Shown here: in pieces, positions 26,725 through 34,968 of the stretch
How positions within the stretch are numbered: the first letter of the stretch is position 1
Layout of the letters: every line of letters starts with the position of its first letter
Assembly: GCA_963837955.1 (NCBI GenBank)
Contig: CAWIPH010000002.1
Span: forward strand, 2,698,966-2,762,965
Origin: an uncultured Verrucomicrobiae bacterium
GTDB lineage: Bacteria > Verrucomicrobiota > Verrucomicrobiia > Chthoniobacterales > JAFAMB01
Length of the DNA stretch: 64,000 nucleotides
Reading direction: 5' to 3'
Program-made: the position numbers and the translations under genes
The notes under the pieces: generated by a model
Seen by the model: only the letters and a program-made list of their open reading frames with translations
The model's database searches: none
What the model was told of the DNA's origin: nothing

Positions 26725-28101
26725 TCATGCATTATGCACCGCTTGCACGAGGTTGGTCAGCGATTCTTTCGCATCGCCATACAGCATCCCGCAATTGGGC
26801 TTGAAGAAAAGGGGATTAACCAGACCGGAAAATCCTTTCCCCTGTCCTCGCTTGAGCACGACAACCGTTTTCGCGCGGTCGACTTCTAAAATCGGCATTC
26901 CGGCGATGATACTTTTGGGATTATCCCGAGCGTCCGGATTCACAACGTCATTAGCTCCAATCACGATCGCCACATCGGTAGAGGGAAACTCCGGATTGAT
27001 TACATCTAGCTCCTGGAGTTGCGAGTAGGGCACGCTCGCTTCGGCCAGCAAAACGTTCATATGTCCGGGCATTCTTCCGGCCACCGGATGGATAGCGTAC
27101 TTCACTGTCACACCCCGTTCTTCAAGCGCATCGGCCAATTCCCGCAAGACATGTTGGGCTTGCGCAGTCGCCATTCCGTAGCCAGGCACAAAAACCGCCT
27201 GGCGCGCATAAGCGAGCTGTACGGCAACGTCGTCCAAACCTATTTCTCGCATTTGTCCTTCGCTCGATTGCGTCGTCTCTGAAACGCTGCCGAACGCGCC
27301 GAATAGGACGTTTGTAATCGAACGGTTCATCGCTTTGCACATCACGATCGAAAGAATAAATCCGGAACCGCCGTCTAAGGTTCCCGCGATGATCAATACA
27401 TTATTGCCGATCACCATCCCGGTCGCAGCGGCCGCCAGGCCTGCGTACGAGTTCAACAAGGCGATTACTACTGGCATATCTGCAGCGCCGATTGGCAGCA
27501 CGAGCAGAACGCCAAAGGCAAACGCCAGGATCAACATTAGATAGAACAACACAGACGCTCCCGGAAAGAACAGCAGACAAACGAAGCAGATGATGGTGAC
27601 TGCCAAGAGCGACAGATTGAAGATATTTTGGCCCTTGTACGTGAGGGGCGCGCCTGGTATTAAACCCTGGAGTTTAGCAAATGCTACCAAACTGCCAGTG
27701 GTGGTCAGCGAGCCAAGCAAGACTTCAAAACTGAGCGCGCCCATCTTGAATTGTCCGAGCCCAGCGCCGTGCAGGTAGTACTCCGAGATTCCCACGAGAG
27801 ATGCGGCGAGCGCACCGAATGCATGTGACAGAGCCGTCCGCTGCGGCATCGCTGTCATTGGCACCCATAAACCCATGGCCAGTCCAATCGTTGAGCCAAT
27901 CAAGAGCCCCGCGATGATCCACTCATAGCTAACTATCTCGCGGTTGACCAACGTGCCCAAAATAGCGAGCAGCATGCCAAACTCGGCTAAATGCATGCCG
28001 CGCCGCGCGGTGTCCGGGTGACTCAACCCGCGGAGCCCGAGGATGAAAAGAATCGAAGCCAGGAGATAACTGGTTTCAATAAACAGGGTGCGTACGTCCA
28101 C
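26725..28101 (-). CDS. pntB: NAD(P) transhydrogenase subunit beta
   Basis: Multi-TM N-terminal half plus dIII NADP(H) domain (VPGYGMATAQAQH, AIHPVAGRMPGHMNVLLAEA). GTG start. Confidence 0.93.
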   Translation of the reverse strand: MDVRTLFIETSYLLASILFILGLRGLSHPDTARRGMHLAEFGMLLAILGTLVNREIVSYEWIIAGLLIGSTIGLAMGLWVPMTAMPQRTALSHAFGALAASLVGISEYYLHGAGLGQFKMGALSFEVLLGSLTTTGSLVAFAKLQGLIPGAPLTYKGQNIFNLSLLAVTIICFVCLLFFPGASVLFYLMLILAFAFGVLLVLPIGAADMPVVIALLNSYAGLAAAATGMVIGNNVLIIAGTLDGGSGFILSIVMCKAMNRSITNVLFGAFGSVSETTQSSEGQMREIGLDDVAVQLAYARQAVFVPGYGMATAQAQHVLRELADALEERGVTVKYAIHPVAGRMPGHMNVLLAEASVPYSQLQELDVINPEFPSTDVAIVIGANDVVNPDARDNPKSIIAGMPILEVDRAKTVVVLKRGQGKGFSGLVNPLFFKPNCGMLYGDAKESLTNLVQAVHNA

Positions 28102-28104
28102 GGC

Positions 28105-28410
28105 TCAGTCCTCCTTTTTCACAGTCTCCCGCTTTCTGAACATCTTCAGCATGCGATCGGTAATGACGAAACCGCCGACCACGTTAATGGTGGAACAGGT
28201 CACGGCTAAGAATCCGAGCACGGCGCTCACCGCTGTTAGATGCGCGCCTGCCGTCACTAACGAACCGACCAGCGAAATTCCGGAGATCGCGTTGGTTGCT
28301 GACATGAGTGGGGTGTGAAGAAGCGAAGGCACTCGCGAGATGACTTGGTAGCCAAGAAATGCCGCCAGGATCAAAACGTAAAAGGTAGCGATTAGTGTTT
28401 CAGCGGGCAT
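28105..28410 (-). CDS. pntAB: NAD(P) transhydrogenase alpha subunit, membrane part 2
   Basis: 101 aa, three TM helices, 'LHTPLMSATNAISGI' motif. Confidence 0.88.
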   Translation of the reverse strand: MPAETLIATFYVLILAAFLGYQVISRVPSLLHTPLMSATNAISGISLVGSLVTAGAHLTAVSAVLGFLAVTCSTINVVGGFVITDRMLKMFRKRETVKKED

Positions 28411-28435
28411 AGCCTAGTGATGACGATTTTTAAAT

Positions 28436-28497
28436 GACACATGGGACATATGGGACTCATGAGACTTATGTGACCGATGGGACACATGAGTCGTGTC
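28436..28497. repeat. Nonamer-repeat element (ATGRGACNN units) inside the pntAA-pntAB intercistronic spacer
   Basis: atgggacat atgggactc atgagactt atgtgaccg atgggacac atgagtcgt. Shares 'catgagacttatg' and 'atgtgacc' with the copy at 49141-49200 (opposite orientation) and 'agacttatgag' with 54100-54167. Confidence 0.8.
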
Positions 28498-28546
28498 CAA
28501 GATAGCTGGCGTGGTCCTGATCGTCCGCCGGATCGCTGTGCTGCCG

Positions 28547-29683
28547 CTAAGCTCCATAAGCTTTCCGAATGGTCTCATTGCAGATCTCGCCGGCGTGGGT
28601 GATGACGCAGCCCTTGAGCAGCTCATTGCTCAAATCGAGAACGAACGCCTTCGTGTCCTTGTTCCAAAAATGTTCAACGAAGGCGCCAAGGTTGTTGGAA
28701 TACATCTCGCTGGCATTCGTCGCTACGCGTCCCGGCAAGTTCGCATAACCCAGAATTTTGACGCCGTTCAGCACGACCTCCTCGTCGTACTCCGAACATT
28801 CGACGTTCCCTCCGGTCTCTACCGCTGTATCGACGATGACGCTTCCTGGCCGCATCTTCTTAACCATTTCGGTGGTGACGACAATAGGAGCCTTCCTGCC
28901 AAAGACCTGAGCTGCGGTAATGACGATGTCCGCTAACGCTACATGGTCTGCCATCACCTCGCGTTGTTTTTGTAGTTGTTCAGGTGTGAGCGCTTTGGCG
29001 TAACCCCCTGCTGTTTCGCCAGTCTCGCCCAAATCAACCTTTACAAATTTCGCTCCCAACGATTTCACCTGTTCCTCGACGACTGGCCGAGTATCGAATG
29101 CTTCCACCCAGGCGCCGAGTCGGCGGCCGGTCGCAATTGCTTGTAGCCCGGCAACCCCAACCCCGATCACAAACATGCGCAGCGGTTTGATCGTTCCGGC
29201 CGCAGTAGTCATCATCGGCAGGATCCGTTTGATTGCGCCGGCGGCCAGAATAACGGCGACGTATCCCCCGAGATTGGCTTGCGAACTCAGAGCATCCATT
29301 TTTTGCGCGATGGCCACACGAGGAATCATTTCCATGCTCACTGCGGTAATTCCTGCAGCCGCAAGTCGATGGACCAATTTTTCTTCGCTAAACGGATCAA
29401 GCAGGCTGACGTGAATACTCCCTGTTTTCAGCTGCGCGATTTCTTCCATCGCCGGTTTACGCAACCGCAATACCAGATCGGCGTTGCTCAAGGAGGCTGC
29501 CCGATCGGAACTGGTTTTTGCACCCCCGGATTCATAATCAGCGTCTAACCAGCCTACCGATGTTCCCAAACCTTTTTCCACCTCGCAATCCGCTCCGAGT
29601 TTCACCAATTTGCCGGCCGTAACGGGCGAGATCGGAACGCGCAATTCGGTTGGATCAGCTTCTTTGGGGACAAAGATTCGCAT
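28547..29683 (-). CDS. pntAA: NAD(P) transhydrogenase alpha subunit, soluble part 1 (dI)
   Basis: Alanine-dehydrogenase-like fold, 'VIGVGVAGLQAI' Rossmann motif; 378 aa. Confidence 0.93.
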   Translation of the reverse strand: MRIFVPKEADPTELRVPISPVTAGKLVKLGADCEVEKGLGTSVGWLDADYESGGAKTSSDRAASLSNADLVLRLRKPAMEEIAQLKTGSIHVSLLDPFSEEKLVHRLAAAGITAVSMEMIPRVAIAQKMDALSSQANLGGYVAVILAAGAIKRILPMMTTAAGTIKPLRMFVIGVGVAGLQAIATGRRLGAWVEAFDTRPVVEEQVKSLGAKFVKVDLGETGETAGGYAKALTPEQLQKQREVMADHVALADIVITAAQVFGRKAPIVVTTEMVKKMRPGSVIVDTAVETGGNVECSEYDEEVVLNGVKILGYANLPGRVATNASEMYSNNLGAFVEHFWNKDTKAFVLDLSNELLKGCVITHAGEICNETIRKAYGA

Positions 29684-29949
29684 GATAATTAATCGACTCA
29701 GGGGAGCCGGTGATTGATAAAAAGTTCGTGAACGGCAGGCGCCAAAAAGACCAAATCCTTGCGTGCTGAGAAAGTGGAGGCGGAAACCATTCGGAGGTTT
29801 TCTGCGCGGATGATGCCCAAATCTTTTTGAAACATCAATACAGGATACAGAATACAGGAGCCAGGGACGACAACCGCTCCTATCCGGTTTCAGACACTGC
29901 CATCCGAAATCGCTCGACCAACATTCCAGCCCTGGGCCAATATCGGCGG

Positions 29950-30477
29950 ATGGGATACGTCAACGCCACCCTCCTGGAGAGCGGTCTCGACCAGATCCGT
30001 CGTTCCCCCGCTGACCAGGGGAGAGTGGAGCTCATCGTTCGCCGGCCAGCCGAGAACGAGCGAGAAGTCGTCCCGGAGGCAATGCTGGATTCTGCCAAAG
30101 GTCTCGTCGGCGACACTTGGGCTAACGGATCGGCGCATCTCGACACGCAGCTGACGGTGATGAACGCTCGCGCAGCGCTGCTGGTGGCCGGTCAGGCGGA
30201 ACGGCGGCAACTTGCGGGCGACCAGCTCTATGTCGATCTCGACCTGAGCGAGGACAACATCCCGGCAGGCACGCGCTTGCAGCTCGGATCCGCAGTCATC
30301 GAGGTAACTAACTCGCCTCATCTCGGTTGCAACAAGTTCGCCGAGCGTTTCGGGCAAGATGCGCGCCGATTCGTAAACTCCGCCGTCGGCCGGCAGCTCC
30401 GGCTACGTGGTCTCAATGCCAAGGTCATTGTCCCTGGCGCCGTCCAGGTCGGCGATACGGTTCGGAAGCTATCGTAG
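29950..30477 (+). CDS. MOSC domain-containing protein
   Basis: ATG at 29950. '...GDQLYVDLDLSEDNIPAGTRLQLGSAVIEVTNSPHLGCNKF' is a MOSC beta-barrel type with the conserved Cys. Confidence 0.7.
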   Translation: MGYVNATLLESGLDQIRRSPADQGRVELIVRRPAENEREVVPEAMLDSAKGLVGDTWANGSAHLDTQLTVMNARAALLVAGQAERRQLAGDQLYVDLDLSEDNIPAGTRLQLGSAVIEVTNSPHLGCNKFAERFGQDARRFVNSAVGRQLRLRGLNAKVIVPGAVQVGDTVRKLS

Positions 30478-30539
30478 CCTGATGCTCTAGCCTCAGGGGT
30501 GTTGGTGATTAGGGATTAGTGATTGAAGGATCCGGCTAC
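30474..30539. repeat. Family-A element, truncated copy; its TAG is the MOSC gene stop codon
   Basis: gtagcctgatgctctagcctcagggg followed by the gtgttggtgattagggattagtgattgaagg arm and a short '..ccggctac' end. Confidence 0.7.
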
Positions 30540-30609
30540 TTCCTCTTTTGCGCTTTCCTTCGTGAGAGTATCAGCTAACTTTTAAGAGCAGCGCAATTCT
30601 CCCCCCAGA

Positions 30610-32898
30610 ATGCCGAAAGCTAAAGTACAGCGATCGATCCGCCCAGTCCCGAACGGTTGGATGCCCGCGCTCTGGGCAAGCCTCAAACCTTTTGGAATCG
30701 GTGAGCAACATCCCAATAATTTTTCGGAAATTTTTCGGGCTCTTTGGGAAAACCGTGACAACCTCGATTACGCCTACCGGATTTTAGATCAAGGAGTCTG
30801 CGATGGCTGCTCGCTCGGCACCAGCGGGATGAAGGACTGGACCATGACCGGGCTTCACTTGTGCAACGTCCGGCTCCGCCTGCTTCGGCTTAATACGATG
30901 CCCGCGTTAGATGGCAAGCTGTTGGAGAACGTCCATGCGCTTCAATCGCAACGCTCGCGCGACCTGCGCGCATTCGGCCGCATCCCGTACCCGATGATCC
31001 GTCAGCGAGGAGAGCCGGGGTTTCGCCGAATTTCTTGGGACGAGGCTTTGACCAAGATCGCAGCTAAGATCAGACCAAGCCATCCAGAGCACATCTATTT
31101 CTACCTGACTAGTCGTGGTGTGCCGAACGAAACATACTACGCGGCGCAAAAAGCAGCGCGTTCACTCGGTACAAACAACATCGATAACGCAGCCCGAATT
31201 TGCCATTCGCCTAGCACTTTTGCTCTTAAAGCGGCGCTCGGCGTAGCGGCTACAACCTGTTCGTATACTGATCTGATTGGCACGGATCTAGTGGTCTTTT
31301 TCGGAAGCAATGTCGCCAACAACCAACCCGTCATGATGAAGTACCTTTATTACGCGAGGAAGGCGGGTACCAAAGTGGCGCTGGTTAATCCTTACCGCGA
31401 GCCAGCCATGGAACGCTACTGGGTACCATCTGATGTTGAGAGCGCGTTTTTCGGCACCAAAGTCGCAGAGCACTTCTTTCAGGTCCAACCGAGGGGCGAT
31501 GTGGCTTTTCTGCAAGGGACTCTGAAACACATGATCGGTGAGGGTTGGCTAGACGATGAGTTCATTCACGAACACACTGCCGGTTTCGAGGAGTTGCGTT
31601 CGTTGGTGAACCAATTCTCTTGGGAAGAGTTGGAGACCGCCAGCGGAGTTAGCCGGAACACCATGCGAGACTTTGCGCAACTGGTGGCCGGCGCGAAACG
31701 CGCGGTTTTCGTCTGGGGAATGGGAATTACCCAGCACACCTGCGGAGAGGATAATGTTCATGCTATTGTCAACTTGGCCCTCGCGAAAGGGTTTGTCGGC
31801 CGAGAAGGTTGCGGCTTGATGCCCATCCGCGGGCACTCGGGTGTTCAAGGTGGAGCCGAGATGGGAGCCTACGCTACGGCTTTTCCCGGAGGCTTGCCGA
31901 TCAATGAGGAGAACGCGACGAAGTTCGCCCAGCAATGGGGATTTCCCGTGCCGAAAAAGCCGGGCCTAACCACTCCCGAGATGTTTGAATTGGCTCTGCA
32001 GCGCGAGCTCGAAGTGCTTTGGTCGATGGGCGGAGATTTCCGCCAGGTGATGCCAGATCCCGAGTTAATCGAGAGCGCTCTTAAAACGATCCCCCTTCGG
32101 GTTCACCAGGATATTGTGCTGTCCTCGCAAATGTTGATTGAGCCGGAAGACACAGTTGTACTACTTCCTTCCACCACTCGATACGAGATTCCAGGCGGGG
32201 TTACTGAGACCAGCACTGAACGACGGGTTATATTCAGCCCCGAAATTCCGGGACCACGCGTCGATGAAGCCCGATCGGAGTGGGAAGTTTTCTTGGAGAT
32301 TGCCCGGCGCGTACAGCCAAAATTTGCGGACAAACTCACCTTTGCCGGAACGGGTGCCATTCGCGAAGAAATCGCTCGGATGATCCCCTTTTACGAGGGC
32401 ATACAGCACCTGAAAAAGAGGGGTGACAGCTTCCAGTATGGCGGCCCGATGCTCTGTGCAGGCTCCAAGTTTTCCACGGTCGACGGCAAAGCCCATTTCA
32501 AGGCCATCAGGTTGCCACAAGTAGAGGTGCCAGCCGGAGCTTTTCGAGTGGTTACTCGTCGAGGCAAACAATTTAACAGCATGGTACACGAGGATATCGA
32601 TGCCAGCACGAATGCGCCACGGGACGGCGTATTGATGAATCCGGAGGACGCCCACCGGCTGGGACTGACGTCCGGTGATCAGGTGCGATTACACAACGAT
32701 TTCGGTACTTACGACGGAGAAGTGCGCGTTGCGCCGGTTACAGCCGGGACGCTAGAGGTCCACTGGCCGGAAGGCAATGTCTTAGTGGATCCACAGGCGC
32801 GTTCACCTCTCGCTAAGATTCCAGCCTACAAAGAGATTTCCGCCACGTTGGAACGAGCCAATGGGGCCGAGCAGCACGAACCTTTCTTAAAGCTGTGA
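30610..32898 (+). CDS. FdhF/YdeP-family molybdopterin oxidoreductase (paralog 1)
   Basis: 762 aa. N-terminal Cys cluster (GVCDGCSLG...HLCN), molybdopterin oxidoreductase body, C-terminal molydopterin dinucleotide-binding-type barrel. Confidence 0.8.
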   Translation: MPKAKVQRSIRPVPNGWMPALWASLKPFGIGEQHPNNFSEIFRALWENRDNLDYAYRILDQGVCDGCSLGTSGMKDWTMTGLHLCNVRLRLLRLNTMPALDGKLLENVHALQSQRSRDLRAFGRIPYPMIRQRGEPGFRRISWDEALTKIAAKIRPSHPEHIYFYLTSRGVPNETYYAAQKAARSLGTNNIDNAARICHSPSTFALKAALGVAATTCSYTDLIGTDLVVFFGSNVANNQPVMMKYLYYARKAGTKVALVNPYREPAMERYWVPSDVESAFFGTKVAEHFFQVQPRGDVAFLQGTLKHMIGEGWLDDEFIHEHTAGFEELRSLVNQFSWEELETASGVSRNTMRDFAQLVAGAKRAVFVWGMGITQHTCGEDNVHAIVNLALAKGFVGREGCGLMPIRGHSGVQGGAEMGAYATAFPGGLPINEENATKFAQQWGFPVPKKPGLTTPEMFELALQRELEVLWSMGGDFRQVMPDPELIESALKTIPLRVHQDIVLSSQMLIEPEDTVVLLPSTTRYEIPGGVTETSTERRVIFSPEIPGPRVDEARSEWEVFLEIARRVQPKFADKLTFAGTGAIREEIARMIPFYEGIQHLKKRGDSFQYGGPMLCAGSKFSTVDGKAHFKAIRLPQVEVPAGAFRVVTRRGKQFNSMVHEDIDASTNAPRDGVLMNPEDAHRLGLTSGDQVRLHNDFGTYDGEVRVAPVTAGTLEVHWPEGNVLVDPQARSPLAKIPAYKEISATLERANGAEQHEPFLKL

Positions 32899-32911
32899 AT
32901 TGAAGACGCCT

Positions 32912-34171
32912 ATGACTCAAGAAACAACTAAGGGATTGCCCAATCGCTGGCTGCTAGCGGGCGGGGGTGTACTAATGCAGCTAGCCTTAGGAGCGGTTTA
33001 TGCATGGAGCGTATTCCGAAATCCGTTAATCAAGACGTTTGGTTGGTCTATCTCAGACGTAACAACCACCTTTTCCATAGCCATCCTGGTTTTGGGCTTC
33101 GCCGCATTTCTCGGTGGCCTCTGGATGAGACGAGTCGGTCCTCGTGTCGTCGGGATCACCGCGGGGATTTGTTATGGTCTCGGCGTCGCCTTGGCGAGCC
33201 TTTCGAGTGGCAATATTTGGATCCTTTGGCTCACCTACGGAGTGCTTGGCGGGTTGGGACTCGGATTAGGGTACATTGTTCCTTTGGCCACCCTGGTAAA
33301 ATGGTTTCCTGATCGGCGCGGCTTTATTACTGGACTTGCAGTGGCCGGCTTCGGAGCTGGAGCTTTGATCACAGCTCCGGTGGCCCAGCATCTGATCGAT
33401 GGTGTCGGGGTACTCAAGACGTTAGCGATTCTCGGTATAGATTACTTGATCCTGGTCGTGCTTGGTGCCTCTGTTATGCGCAATCCGCCCGAAGGCTGGG
33501 TGCCCAAAGGTTGGCAGCCTTCCGCCAAGCAACAAGAGCAATTGCAGGCGCGGAATTACACCCTCAAGGAGGCTCTATCCACCTGGCAATGGTACGTTCT
33601 CTGGGCAATGCTTTTCTTGAACGTGACGGCTGGCATCAGCATCATTTCGCAGGCCTCGCCGATGGCGCAAGAAATCAGCGGCGTTAGTGCCGCGGTGGGC
33701 GCGGGCATGGTCGGTATCATCTCGATTGCCAACGGCATTGGCCGGCTGCTTTGGGCTTGGTTGTCCGATGCGATTGGACGTCGGACCGTTTTCTTGATCA
33801 TGTTCCTGTTGCAAGCGGTACTTTTCTTCCTCTTGCCTTCGCTGCGGGAGTTCACGCTGCTGGCCACCGTGTGTTTCATCATCATCAGCTGTTACGGTGG
33901 CGGCTTCGGTACGATGCCCGCATTCGCTGCCGACTATTTTGGTCCGAAATGGATCGGATCGATTTACGGACTGATGCTGACCGCGTGGGGTTTCGCCGGC
34001 GTCTTTGGGCCGCTGTTGATAGCCAATATCCGTCAGGCTACTGGGAAATACGATCGCGCATTAACCATCATCGCGGCGATAATGTTGGTTTCCAGCGTGC
34101 TGCCATTGGTGTTACGGCGCCATCGCGCGGTGGGCGAGCCGATCGCCGCGAAGCCTGTCGAAAGAGTCTAA
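32912..34171 (+). CDS. MFS transporter, oxalate/formate antiporter (OFA)-like
   Basis: 12-TM profile, 'LAGGGVLMQLALGAVYAWSVF' N-terminus typical of the OFA family. ATG at 32912, 14 nt after the upstream stop. Confidence 0.8.
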   Translation: MTQETTKGLPNRWLLAGGGVLMQLALGAVYAWSVFRNPLIKTFGWSISDVTTTFSIAILVLGFAAFLGGLWMRRVGPRVVGITAGICYGLGVALASLSSGNIWILWLTYGVLGGLGLGLGYIVPLATLVKWFPDRRGFITGLAVAGFGAGALITAPVAQHLIDGVGVLKTLAILGIDYLILVVLGASVMRNPPEGWVPKGWQPSAKQQEQLQARNYTLKEALSTWQWYVLWAMLFLNVTAGISIISQASPMAQEISGVSAAVGAGMVGIISIANGIGRLLWAWLSDAIGRRTVFLIMFLLQAVLFFLLPSLREFTLLATVCFIIISCYGGGFGTMPAFAADYFGPKWIGSIYGLMLTAWGFAGVFGPLLIANIRQATGKYDRALTIIAAIMLVSSVLPLVLRRHRAVGEPIAAKPVERV

Positions 34172-34309
34172 CCGCTAGCCGAAAGGCTGGCGGAATTTAG
34201 CTCAGGGCGACAGCAGCAGCCGTCGCCCCGGGCCCAAGGCGGATGATTCGAAGCCGTTCGCCTACATTAGTTTGTCAGCGATTGGCCGATTCGATCTTTG
34301 GAAACGCGT

Positions 34310-34672
34310 TCAGGCCGATTTTGGATTCCACAGACCAAGCGGCGCGCCCGTCGGATCGGCGATGATACTCAGCCAACCGGCATCCGGTATTTCAGTCACC
34401 TCTTTCATGACCGTCGCGCCAAGCGATTGGGCCTTTTGGGTTGAGGCGTTAATGTCGTCGACCAAGACATAGGCTAACCACATTGAAGGCGCTCCGGGAA
34501 TGGGATGTTTCATCATTCCTCCGCCAGTGCCTTCGCCGACTTTAATCATTGTGTATGCGCCATTTTCCATCGGAAAATCTTCTAGCTTCCAGTCGAAGAG
34601 CTTTCCGTAAAAGGCTTTTGCTTTGCTGAGATCGGTTGTGTTGAGTTCAACGTGCGCGAATGGATTTGCCAT
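34310..34672 (-). CDS. VOC (glyoxalase/bleomycin-resistance) family protein
   Basis: ATG at 34672 gives 'MANPFAHVELNTTDLSKAKAFYGKLFDWKLE', a classic VOC start. Confidence 0.78.
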   Translation of the reverse strand: MANPFAHVELNTTDLSKAKAFYGKLFDWKLEDFPMENGAYTMIKVGEGTGGGMMKHPIPGAPSMWLAYVLVDDINASTQKAQSLGATVMKEVTEIPDAGWLSIIADPTGAPLGLWNPKSA

Positions 34673-34968
34673 AACTGTCTCCGGGGTTTTCAAGCATTGG
34701 GGGTTTCGCCGGCGAGTCGTGCTGGCTTTCTCGAACATCAGTGTATTGCCCTTAAGGTCGATAAAGGTCAATCAGCAACCCGCCACCGAAAGCAGCAGTT
34801 GAGAGACAGAAACTGGAAACGCTACGTTCTAGTAATTTCCAGCTTGTGAACAATCTTAACCTGCCTCTGAAGAGGATCGGTGCCTGCGAATTCGTCCCGA
34901 AATTCAGACGTTTATCCAGAAGGCCATGGCCTGCAAAAGCGAATCGTGAGTCTGCTTCCGGATGTTCT

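Noticed and set aside
28414-28626. Small ORFs with striking peptide repeats (HKSHESHMSHVS at 28414-28626; FPAFPAFPAF at 50319-50507; ALSAFSALSAF at 50475-50732; ITNHQSLIT at 17143-17379; 11239-11511; 56009-56494)
   Set aside because: The peptide periodicity is simply the 7-9 nt DNA repeat read in frame. The ORFs overlap neighbouring real genes or run across inverted repeats.
30478-30609. Moco riboswitch upstream of either YdeP-like / fdhD locus (also 50329-50722)
   Set aside because: Both spacers are dominated by the repeat elements described. I could not recognise the conserved Moco-motif stems by eye, and there is no support without cmsearch.
30610-32898. In-frame TGA (selenocysteine) or frameshift in the FdhF/YdeP-type genes (also 51593-54088)
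   Set aside because: Both ORFs are continuous from a plausible ATG to the stop. The N-terminal Cys clusters are intact, and there is no interrupted frame.
34172-34309. Hairpins ccgctagcc-gaaa-ggctggcgg and gggcgac-agcagcagcc-gtcgccc between the convergent MFS and VOC genes as terminators
   Set aside because: The stems are real, but neither is followed by a U-tract on either strand. This is too weak to annotate as intrinsic terminators.
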